DNA from: a virus
Reading direction: 5' to 3' (one strand)
Length of the DNA stretch: 64,000 nucleotides
IMG/VR virus record: IMGVR_UViG_3300027759_000048
Shown: in pieces, positions 56,505-64,000 of the stretch
Layout of the letters: every line of letters begins with the position of its first letter
Position numbering within the stretch: position 1 is the first letter of the stretch
Translations under genes and position numbers: made by a program
Notes under the pieces: model-generated
Database searches by the model: none
Seen by the model: the letters and a program-made list of their open reading frames with translations, nothing else
Told to the model about the DNA's origin: nothing

Positions 56505-58238
56505 ATGAAATCATTCCTTGATCATCTAAAAGAAGAGGTTCTGCCAACAGTCCAAGTGGCTGATGGCGGCCTCGATATCAGTAAGCCAGCCGTTCGTGCT
56601 GCTATCAATGCTGCTATCGCTGGTGTTGTATCACAGCCAGCGGTAACACCTTACGTTGTATTCAATAGACTATCAAAGCTACTCGCACAGTATCACATCG
56701 TTCTTCCTAAGCGTTTCTTAGAAGGCGATAAAGGTGTAGAGGTATTTGAGCTACGTCAATTTGGACACAAGATGGGCATGACCGACTCTGGTGAGTTTGT
56801 CAATGAAGTTCCATCAACTCATTACCTATTCTTGCAGTATGGTATTCTATCACCATTTGGTATCACATATGCTAAACCAGTAGTTGGTGGTATGTTCAAG
56901 GTTATGGCTAGAATTGTTGATAAGGAAGAACTAGACAAACTTATTGACATGGCTGAAATTACTATGGCTGAGGAAGCCGAAGTCAATCAGGCTATTGCTA
57001 AAGCTAATGCTCCTAGAGATCCTATGCATGATATCACTTCTGATGAAAAGAAGAAGGGTAACAAAGAAGCAGTAGGAGCATCTGAAAAAAAAAGTTTAGA
57101 TGAAGGTGAAGTCAAACGCTTTGTTCCTACTCCTCCAAAACGTAAAGTAAAAGTTGTTGGAGGAAATAAAGAAGAAATAGAACAACAGCGTAAAAAACTT
57201 GACGCCTATCACAAGGCACGCCATAACAAGGATATAAATGAAGATACTCTTGATGAGGTTTCTCTAGGCAAACTTGTTCGTTATAAAAACAAAGCGGGCG
57301 AAGGTCGTGAAAAAGGTCTTACTCTTGCTGACAAGAAGATGAAAGGCAAAGCAAAAGTAAATGCTTCTGCGCCTAAGAATGCCTACATGGAAGAAGATAA
57401 AGATCCATGTTGGAAGGGCTATGAGATGATTGGCATGAAGAAGAAAGGCGGCAAGCCTGTTCCTAATTGTGTGCCAGTTAAAGAAGAACAGATTGATGAA
57501 GTATCAAAAAGACTTCTCGGTCGTTACATCAAGAAAGCTCATGTTAGTGGACTTGGTGCGGCCGCCGAAGGTGAGCAAGCATATTCTAGCAAGGACAAAG
57601 AAGGTCTTCATAGAGCCAACAAGACTGGTGAAAAGAGAGAACAAGGCATTGAACGTGCCGTAAATAAAATGACAGGCAGTGCCCGTGTTTCTGCTAATGA
57701 AGCATATGAAAAACAGGAAGCTGGTGTAAAAACTAAAGATGGTAAAACACATACATTACACAGACGCAATCCTGGTCATTCCACTGAATACCATACTGTT
57801 ACCACAAAAGACGCAGAAGGTAAAACAACTGTAAAAGCTGGTAAACCAAAGTATATCAAAAAGCATTGGGATAAGTTAGAAGAAACACAGATTGATGAGA
57901 TTTCTACTAAACTAGCTAGATCCTATGTTGCAAAGGCAAAGGAAGACGGTAAAGGTGGTAGAGCACAAGGTGTTTTTAGAGCAATTGGTAAAATGACAGG
58001 TCAATCCTATGAGAAGGTTGATAAGAACCATGGTAATGTTACAGTTGGTCATCTCAAACCAAAAGTTCTAACAAAAGAAGAAAGTCTTGATGAGAAAGCT
58101 CCTCCAGGCGCTAAGTTTGAGCGTATGGTAAAGCATATCAAAAAAGGTTATGCTAAAGACGGCGAACTAACCAAGAAGGAAAAGGGCATTGCCTTTGCTA
58201 CTGCTTGGAAAGCCAAGAACCGTGAAAAGGGTGAGTGA
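56505..58238 (+). CDS. modular internal head polyprotein
   Basis: MKSFLDHLKE capsid-targeting-like start; repeated (L/I)DE(V/I)S modules; PCWKGYEMIGMKKKGGKPVPNCVP cassette. Confidence 0.75.
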   Translation: MKSFLDHLKEEVLPTVQVADGGLDISKPAVRAAINAAIAGVVSQPAVTPYVVFNRLSKLLAQYHIVLPKRFLEGDKGVEVFELRQFGHKMGMTDSGEFVNEVPSTHYLFLQYGILSPFGITYAKPVVGGMFKVMARIVDKEELDKLIDMAEITMAEEAEVNQAIAKANAPRDPMHDITSDEKKKGNKEAVGASEKKSLDEGEVKRFVPTPPKRKVKVVGGNKEEIEQQRKKLDAYHKARHNKDINEDTLDEVSLGKLVRYKNKAGEGREKGLTLADKKMKGKAKVNASAPKNAYMEEDKDPCWKGYEMIGMKKKGGKPVPNCVPVKEEQIDEVSKRLLGRYIKKAHVSGLGAAAEGEQAYSSKDKEGLHRANKTGEKREQGIERAVNKMTGSARVSANEAYEKQEAGVKTKDGKTHTLHRRNPGHSTEYHTVTTKDAEGKTTVKAGKPKYIKKHWDKLEETQIDEISTKLARSYVAKAKEDGKGGRAQGVFRAIGKMTGQSYEKVDKNHGNVTVGHLKPKVLTKEESLDEKAPPGAKFERMVKHIKKGYAKDGELTKKEKGIAFATAWKAKNREKGE

Positions 58239-58473
58239 TCACCTAAAGAAGAGTAGAACAACATACATGGCCCACTTATTGTGGGCTGTGTATGCTGGCT
58301 TCTTTCTAATTCTCATTGGTATTGCTTCTATCATACATGGATTCTTTCCGTTCTTATTTGAAGGCACAACTTCTAATACAATCATCAATATGTTCTACAG
58401 ACGATTGTATAATCATCCAAATCCTGACTATCAATATAAGATTATGAAGGAAATGAAAAAAGCTAAGAACTAA
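58231..58473 (+). CDS. small membrane protein (DUF6356-like)
   Basis: HL....TY..HL..A...IHG.FPFLF. Confidence 0.7.
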   Translation: MSDHLKKSRTTYMAHLLWAVYAGFFLILIGIASIIHGFFPFLFEGTTSNTIINMFYRRLYNHPNPDYQYKIMKEMKKAKN

Positions 58474-58859
58474 TGTTTGACTTGAATGATGGTAACTTTT
58501 TGATCTATGCTGCTAAATGTTACGACCGTCCACACATTCTACAATCAGAATTTGAGGATGATCTCAAGCGTCTAAAGTATGTCAAGAGGTTACTACGCAA
58601 GTATAAACAAACTGGTGAGTTCAAGGAACGATTAGTTCTTAATCACGTTATCATTCTAGCTAATGTGTTTGGTGTAGAAGCGACAACCAACATGCTATTC
58701 TTCAAAGTCGATCAAGAAGATTATCCCCTACTTAAAACAATCTTAATATATCTTAATTATATGCCTTCCCGTTTGAATGCTACGTTTGATAAATACTACG
58801 TCAGACAGGAAGAGATTCCCGTGGATCTGAAGATAGCAAATATATTGAGGACGATATGA
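58473..58859 (+). CDS. conserved T4-like hypothetical protein
   Basis: NFLIYAAK.Y, EF.DDLKR.KY.KRL, LNH.IIL.NVFG. Confidence 0.8.
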   Translation: MFDLNDGNFLIYAAKCYDRPHILQSEFEDDLKRLKYVKRLLRKYKQTGEFKERLVLNHVIILANVFGVEATTNMLFFKVDQEDYPLLKTILIYLNYMPSRLNATFDKYYVRQEEIPVDLKIANILRTI

Positions 58860-59254
58860 TAAAAGAAGAAGTCGGTGTTGGTGGTGGTGGAGTTGCTGGC
58901 ATTGGTATAGACGCACCTGGCAAACCTGGTTCTGGTGAGCCTGGCGTTTCACCTAAACATCAAGCTAAGAACAAGTCACCAATTCTGTTTCCTAAGATGA
59001 TGAAAAGATCAGAACCAAACAATATCGTAACATCAAGACGCAATGGACAGTTTGCTGGTGCTGCGGTGTTCGAGGTCAACTCAAAGATATTTCATAATCT
59101 AACTATGCAAAAGCGCAAGGGCAAACACTGGCGCACATACTTAGAAGAAGATGACTGCTACGCTGAGATTAGAGAGTGGGCAGCAAAGAATCCAAAAGGT
59201 AAAATCGTTGTAAGAAACGAGTCTACCGGCGAGATGAGATATATAAAATACTGA
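58856..59254 (+). CDS. hypothetical protein
   Basis: Coupled ORF starting MIKEE. Confidence 0.7.
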   Translation: MIKEEVGVGGGGVAGIGIDAPGKPGSGEPGVSPKHQAKNKSPILFPKMMKRSEPNNIVTSRRNGQFAGAAVFEVNSKIFHNLTMQKRKGKHWRTYLEEDDCYAEIREWAAKNPKGKIVVRNESTGEMRYIKY

Positions 59255-59264
59255 GGAGCAAATT

Positions 59265-59780
59265 ATGTCAGAGGTATGTAAGAAACTATTTCCTCACGAA
59301 GACACGGTGAACTTAAACAAGTTCTTTGGTGATCCTCGTGGCAGTAACGGTCAAGTAAGCCGTAAGTGGTATGCAGCAAACATTGTTAAGTGGACGCCGC
59401 CTTATCCAATCTTCTATTCAGATGGTAAGCGAACACCACTAAGAACATTACAGCTACACAAGAAAGTTGTAGATGTTTATACCGCAGCTTACACAGAGGT
59501 TAAAGAACACTTTACACCACAAGAGATCAAAGAGCTACATCTCGACATCTCTGGTGGTACATTCAATTATCGTTTGATGCGTGGTGGTTCAAGATTGTCA
59601 GTTCACGCATACGGTATAGCTATTGATATGGATCCTGCTAGAAATCCATTTCCTAAGAAGTGGGCAGAAGGTATGATCAACCGAGAGTTTTGTAATATCC
59701 TAATGAAACATGGTATTTGGTGGAGAGGTATCAATGGTGATACCGATGCCATGCACTTTCAAGCTGCATGGAGATATTGA
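59265..59780 (+). CDS. endolysin, M15 family peptidase
   Basis: GTFNYR, SVHAYGIAID, DAMHFQ. Confidence 0.9.
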   Translation: MSEVCKKLFPHEDTVNLNKFFGDPRGSNGQVSRKWYAANIVKWTPPYPIFYSDGKRTPLRTLQLHKKVVDVYTAAYTEVKEHFTPQEIKELHLDISGGTFNYRLMRGGSRLSVHAYGIAIDMDPARNPFPKKWAEGMINREFCNILMKHGIWWRGINGDTDAMHFQAAWRY

Positions 59781-59786
59781 GAATAA

Positions 59787-59948
59787 GACATGTCTATTTT
59801 GCTTTCAGGGCAGGAAAACATAAGAACGAGATTGTTCAGGCAAGTAGATGTGTTCAATCAGATATTGACGCCCCTTTGGATTGAGGGCGTCAATGTCCAA
59901 GGGTTAAAACCTCCCAATAACCCTGTATCAGAGGGAGGCTAGAAAGGA
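59787..59948 (+). ncRNA. structured intergenic RNA with two long stems and an H-type pseudoknot
   Basis: 59787-59802/59840-59854 stem; 13-bp stem 59861-59873/59885-59897; AGGGTTA/TAACCCT with loop CCTCCC pairing GGGAGG. Confidence 0.6.
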
Positions 59949-59960
59949 TTGGAACTAACA

Positions 59961-60293
59961 ATGTCCGATAACGACACCAACGATTTCGAAAATGCTGTTG
60001 GTGCTGCTGTTACAAGAGTACCACCTATCATCACCGCTATTCTTGCGGTCGGTGGGCTGGTGGCTGCTTACTTTATGACAATCGGTGAGTTCAAAGTAAA
60101 AGACATGGAATTACAGCAAAAGGTAATGTACCTTGAGCAAAAGGTGGATCACATAGAAGAAACTATGGATACTATCAAAAACAAACTTGAGACACGTATT
60201 CCTGTCGTCGATGGCGACCGACAGGATCTTCGTAAGGAGATTGATAGCCTCAAGCAAGTCATTCAGGAAATGAAACCTTTATTAAAGAAATAA
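59961..60293 (+). CDS. single-TM coiled-coil protein (possible holin-type lysis protein)
   Basis: IITAILAVGGLVAAYFMTI TM plus coiled coil; alternative TTG start at 59949. Confidence 0.7.
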   Translation: MSDNDTNDFENAVGAAVTRVPPIITAILAVGGLVAAYFMTIGEFKVKDMELQQKVMYLEQKVDHIEETMDTIKNKLETRIPVVDGDRQDLRKEIDSLKQVIQEMKPLLKK

Positions 60294-60294
60294 C

Positions 60295-60323
60295 TTGACA
60301 TAGCGTTAAGTTTTGTTTATGAT
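60295..60323 (+). promoter_or_regulatory. sigma70-type promoter of primase
   Basis: TTGACA-N17-TATGAT. Confidence 0.75.
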
Positions 60324-60349
60324 ACTATTTCATTATGCTCAGGTGATGT

Positions 60350-61351
60350 ATGTCGGTATATATTGATAAGAAGTTTATTTCTCTCCTCGCTCCTAAACTT
60401 TCACAGTTCAAGCAGCGGGGAGAGTTTTTATGGAACTTCCGTTGTCCTGTATGCGGAGATTCACAGAAAGACAAGACAAAGACACGTGGCTACATCTATA
60501 AGCGAAAGGAACACTTTGGCTTTATGTGCCACAACTGCCACTCTACAATGGGTCTTGGAAAGTTCATTCGCTATGTTGACCCTTCTCTATATAATGAGTA
60601 TCAACTGGAATCGTTTGTTCAATCTAACACAACGGTTAAGGTTGATATCAATCAGTTTATAACAAAGCCGGTATTTAAACATCAGGTCATTGAGAGCAAT
60701 CTTCCTGAACTAGCATCTTTAAGTAAAGAACATCCTGCTAGAAAGTATATGGATGAAAGAAAAGTTCCACTCGATGGTCTTTACTATGCGGAAGATTTTG
60801 CTGATTATATAACCACAGTATTTCCAGACAATACGAAGCAACTATATAAAGAGCAACGAATAGTAATACCATTCAAAGACAAAGAAGGAAAACTATTAGG
60901 TGTTCAAGGACGAGCCATCGGGCAATCCAAAATCAAGTATATCACGATTAAGGCTAACGAAGATACTCCTAAGATTTTCGGCTGGCATGGATTGGATACA
61001 TCTAAAACTGTGTATGTTGTTGAGGGACCCATCGATTCTCTTTTCCTTGTCAATAGCGTGGCTACTATGGATGCAGCATTATATACTGCTGCTAATACAA
61101 TAGGACTTGACTATGATTATGTTTTCGTCTATGATAATGAACCTAGAAACAAACAGATAGTTTCCAATATGCGGAAGACGATTGAGATGGGAAAGAAGAT
61201 TTGTGTGTGGCCTGATACTATTCAACAAAAAGATATCAATGATATGGTGATAGCAGGAATGCATCCAAGTGAAATCCAACACATCATAGATAGTAATACA
61301 TTTGAAGGATTAATCGCTACGATGAAAATGAACCAGTGGAGTAAAGTATGA
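60350..61351 (+). CDS. 61: DNA primase gp61
   Basis: RCPVCGDS...CHNC Zn ribbon, VVEGPIDS, DNEPRN, KDIND. Confidence 0.96.
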   Translation: MSVYIDKKFISLLAPKLSQFKQRGEFLWNFRCPVCGDSQKDKTKTRGYIYKRKEHFGFMCHNCHSTMGLGKFIRYVDPSLYNEYQLESFVQSNTTVKVDINQFITKPVFKHQVIESNLPELASLSKEHPARKYMDERKVPLDGLYYAEDFADYITTVFPDNTKQLYKEQRIVIPFKDKEGKLLGVQGRAIGQSKIKYITIKANEDTPKIFGWHGLDTSKTVYVVEGPIDSLFLVNSVATMDAALYTAANTIGLDYDYVFVYDNEPRNKQIVSNMRKTIEMGKKICVWPDTIQQKDINDMVIAGMHPSEIQHIIDSNTFEGLIATMKMNQWSKV

Positions 61352-62034
61352 GCATTGTAAAGGAAATTCAAACACAACTAAAGAACAGAGGATACGATCC
61401 GGGTCCGATTGATGGTGACCTAGGTCCTAAGACACTAACAGCAATCAAGTCTTATATTTCAGCAAGTGTTATTCCTGTAGTTGAAAAGTCAAAAGATGTG
61501 GCAAAAGCAGTAGTTGAGAAAGTTGCTCCGCCAATGCCAGTTTCACAAATTGATTCTAATACACTCAAAGGTCGTGATCGTCCTTTGTATGTCAAGACAG
61601 TTCTACAAGACTTAGGCTGGAAAGATTATCAAGCCGCTGCTATGGTTGGACAGTTTATGCAGGAGTCATATCCTGATCTTCGCACAAATGTATGGGGTGA
61701 TAACAAGACGGCGCTTGGTCTAGCACAGTGGCGTGATAACTATAACAAAGCAACTGGTGAGCATTCACCAGGTCGTCTAACTGATCTTGCTAACTTTGCT
61801 ACTAAACTTGGTAAGTCAATTACTGATCTTGATACACAGGCACGATTTGTTCATTGGGAACTTACTGAAGGATCTGAAAAGGGTCTTGGTAAGAAACTAA
61901 AAGCAACAAAAGATATCGATGAAGCATTGCTGATTGCTATTGGCTATGAACGTCCTCGTGGATACACACCTGCCACACCACAGACTGGTGATGGCTTTGC
62001 TAACCGTTGTAAATATGCAAAGAGCCTACTATGA
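61348..62034 (+). CDS. peptidoglycan-binding domain + phage tail-type lysozyme
   Basis: GYDPGPIDGDLGPKT; AAAMVG..MQES, GLAQW, YERP. Confidence 0.85.
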   Translation: MSIVKEIQTQLKNRGYDPGPIDGDLGPKTLTAIKSYISASVIPVVEKSKDVAKAVVEKVAPPMPVSQIDSNTLKGRDRPLYVKTVLQDLGWKDYQAAAMVGQFMQESYPDLRTNVWGDNKTALGLAQWRDNYNKATGEHSPGRLTDLANFATKLGKSITDLDTQARFVHWELTEGSEKGLGKKLKATKDIDEALLIAIGYERPRGYTPATPQTGDGFANRCKYAKSLL

Positions 62035-62213
62035 ACGACGCAGAGATTGAACGGCTCCGTAAATATGAAAAGTTAGTTCAGTTCATTGCTAATGATTATC
62101 ATGAACTTTCATACGAAAAAGCACAATGGCAACGTGATGATTGGAAGAAGCGTTGTAAGAAACTGATAGAGGAAGATCATGATGAACGACGCCAAGATCA
62201 TTGCTTTAACTAA
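62031..62213 (+). CDS. hypothetical protein
   Basis: Coupled ORF. Confidence 0.55.
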   Translation: MNDAEIERLRKYEKLVQFIANDYHELSYEKAQWQRDDWKKRCKKLIEEDHDERRQDHCFN

Positions 62214-62862
62214 TCCTATTCTTTCTGCTTGGGAAACTAACACAGAAAGTCCGATTGGCGCAGAGGCATTCATTGCTTACACCGCCAGAGTATCAAATCC
62301 ATCTAACCAACATAATACACTAACAGCACCTAAACTTCTATCATATCTAATCAAGAACAAACACTGGTCGCCGTTTGAAATGGTTTCTATCACAATGGAA
62401 ATCAATACAACCCGTGACATTGCACACCAGATTATCCGTCATCGGTCATTTTCATTCCAAGAGTTTAGTCAACGTTATGCTGATCCAACCAAGGACATGG
62501 AGTTTGTAACAAGAGAAGCAAGACTACAGGATGCAAAGAATAGACAGAATAGTATTGAGACAGATGACAAAGACTTGGCTGATACATGGTATTATGCACA
62601 AAAATATGTTTCGGATCTTACTAAAGAATACTATGAAAGTGCGATAAAAAATGGCATCGCCAAAGAACAAGCAAGAGCAGTTCTGCCAGAAGGTCTAACT
62701 ACAACCCGTCTATATATGTCGGGGACGTTGAGAAGTTGGATTCATTATATTGATGTTCGTGCGGAAGCAGGCACACAGAAAGAACATCGTCAAGTTGCTC
62801 TAGCAGCACAGAAAGAAATACTACAACATTTCCCATCACTTAGGGACTATTGGCAAGAATAA
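62179..62862 (+). CDS. thyX: flavin-dependent thymidylate synthase
   Basis: HWSPFE, RHRSFSFQEFSQRY, EQARAVLP, TQKEH. Confidence 0.96.
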   Translation: MMNDAKIIALTNPILSAWETNTESPIGAEAFIAYTARVSNPSNQHNTLTAPKLLSYLIKNKHWSPFEMVSITMEINTTRDIAHQIIRHRSFSFQEFSQRYADPTKDMEFVTREARLQDAKNRQNSIETDDKDLADTWYYAQKYVSDLTKEYYESAIKNGIAKEQARAVLPEGLTTTRLYMSGTLRSWIHYIDVRAEAGTQKEHRQVALAAQKEILQHFPSLRDYWQE

Positions 62863-62872
62863 GAGGAAAAAC

Positions 62873-64000
62873 ATGGACAGTTTATATCAAGAGTTTATTT
62901 ACAAATCAAGATATTCAAGATATCTACCAGAACAAAATCGTAGAGAGAATTGGGAGGAAACAGTTGAACGTTATCTTACCTTTATGCATAATCATCTCGC
63001 CAGTAATTATAGCTATGATATGGCTCCTATTCGTGAGAAGATAAAGAAGTCAATCATTGATCTAAAAGTTATGCCATCTATGCGTGCCTTGATGACATCT
63101 GGCAAAGCATTAGAGCGTGATAACACATGCGGATACAATTGTTCATTCTTGCCTATTGATGATCCAAAGGCATTTGACGAAGCAATGTTTATTCTTCTTT
63201 GTGGCACTGGTGTTGGCTTTTCTGTTGAACGTCAGTTCATCAATCAGCTACCAGAAATCCCAGAGAAGATGTTTGATTCCGAAACTATCATATCTGTCCG
63301 TGATAGTAAGGAAGGATGGGCTAAAGCATTGCGTATGCTTATCGCTTTGCTTTACACTGGTGAAATACCAAAGTGGGACCTGACGAAAGTAAGACCTGCC
63401 GGCGCACCCTTGAAGACGTTTGGTGGGCGATCATCAGGTCCCGGTCCTCTTTCCGAGTTGTTTAAGTTTGTTGTTAAGTTGTTCCGTAATGCTCATGGTC
63501 GTCGTCTAACATCATTAGAATGCCATGACATTATGTGTAAGATTGGTGAAGTGGTTGTAGTTGGCGGCGTTCGTCGTTCTGCTATGATTTCACTTTCTAA
63601 TCTTTCTGATGATCGTATGCGTCATGCTAAGGCTGGTGCATGGTGGGAAGCAAATCCACAACGAGCATTATCAAATAACTCTGCCGTATATAACGAGAAG
63701 CCAGAGATCGGTACATTTATGGCAGAATGGATTTCATTGTATGAAAGTAAATCAGGTGAGAGAGGATTATTCAGTCGTGAAGCATGTCAAACAATCGCAA
63801 AACGAAATGGCCGCAGAAATGCTGATCAATTATTTGGCACCAACCCTTGCAGCGAAATCATCCTTAGACCTTATGGTTTCTGCAATCTCACGGAAGTTGT
63901 TATTAGAGCCGATGACACCATGGAAACTGTTCGTGAGAAAATTGAGGTTGCGACTATTCTTGGTACTTTTCAATCTACTCTTACGGATTTTCCCTACCTA
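62873..64000 (+). CDS. nrdJ: class II (B12-dependent) ribonucleotide reductase, 3' end outside the window
   Basis: MDSLYQEFIYKSRYSR, VMPSMRALM, YNCS, GTGVGFS, GGVRRSA, GTNPCSEI..CNL; absent from the ORF track because it runs off the edge. Confidence 0.92.
   Translation, partial: MDSLYQEFIYKSRYSRYLPEQNRRENWEETVERYLTFMHNHLASNYSYDMAPIREKIKKSIIDLKVMPSMRALMTSGKALERDNTCGYNCSFLPIDDPKAFDEAMFILLCGTGVGFSVERQFINQLPEIPEKMFDSETIISVRDSKEGWAKALRMLIALLYTGEIPKWDLTKVRPAGAPLKTFGGRSSGPGPLSELFKFVVKLFRNAHGRRLTSLECHDIMCKIGEVVVVGGVRRSAMISLSNLSDDRMRHAKAGAWWEANPQRALSNNSAVYNEKPEIGTFMAEWISLYESKSGERGLFSREACQTIAKRNGRRNADQLFGTNPCSEIILRPYGFCNLTEVVIRADDTMETVREKIEVATILGTFQSTLTDFPYL

Noticed and set aside
59900-59947. Assignment of the pseudoknot as a SAM-II/SAM-V or preQ1 riboswitch
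   Set aside because: It lacks the conserved U-rich L1 of SAM-II/V and the A-rich tail of preQ1-I; kept only as an unassigned structure.
60306-60320. TTAA-N7-TTAT, CtrA-box-like, in the primase promoter
   Set aside because: Imperfect match and expected by chance in AT-rich DNA.
1170-63207. Numerous short minus-strand and out-of-frame ORFs in the six-frame track
   Set aside because: They are shadows of well-supported + strand genes, with no RBS or motifs. Only the spanin pair is credible on the minus strand.
1-64000. Stop-codon reassignment
   Set aside because: Core genes are full length in code 11 and end with TAA, TGA and TAG.

Overview
A 64-kb segment of a large T4-like (myovirus-type) dsDNA bacteriophage. 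It is densely coding, almost all on the + strand, and uses the standard genetic code. The core replication genes are recognisable: gp1, gp45, dsbA, gp44, gp62, regA, gp43, uvsX, gp41, gp61, dUTPase, thyX and a 5'-partial class II RNR, plus the cobS/vWA pair, hsp20 and one tRNA-Arg(UCU). There are many sigma70-type early promoters and T4-type late promoters. Accessory genes and regulatory motifs point (by inference) to an alphaproteobacterial, probably rhizobial-type, host. The most striking accessory system is a PlcP-type phospholipase C plus Agt-type glycolipid glycosyltransferase pair next to an acyl-CoA dehydrogenase, which looks like a phage-borne membrane phospholipid-to-glycolipid remodelling (phosphorus-mining) module. 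Other notable items: an 11.5-kb glycan biosynthesis island, Bfd and Dps iron proteins, a CmoA-like carboxy-SAM synthase, a flavin halogenase, an APS kinase/sulfotransferase pair, four peptidoglycan hydrolases, and head-packaged polyproteins built from protease-site-delimited modules. Several structured RNA leaders are visible: a ROSE-like thermometer before hsp20, a multi-hairpin late leader, and a hairpin plus H-type pseudoknot leader after the endolysin. All assignments come from motif recognition by eye; no database searches were run.
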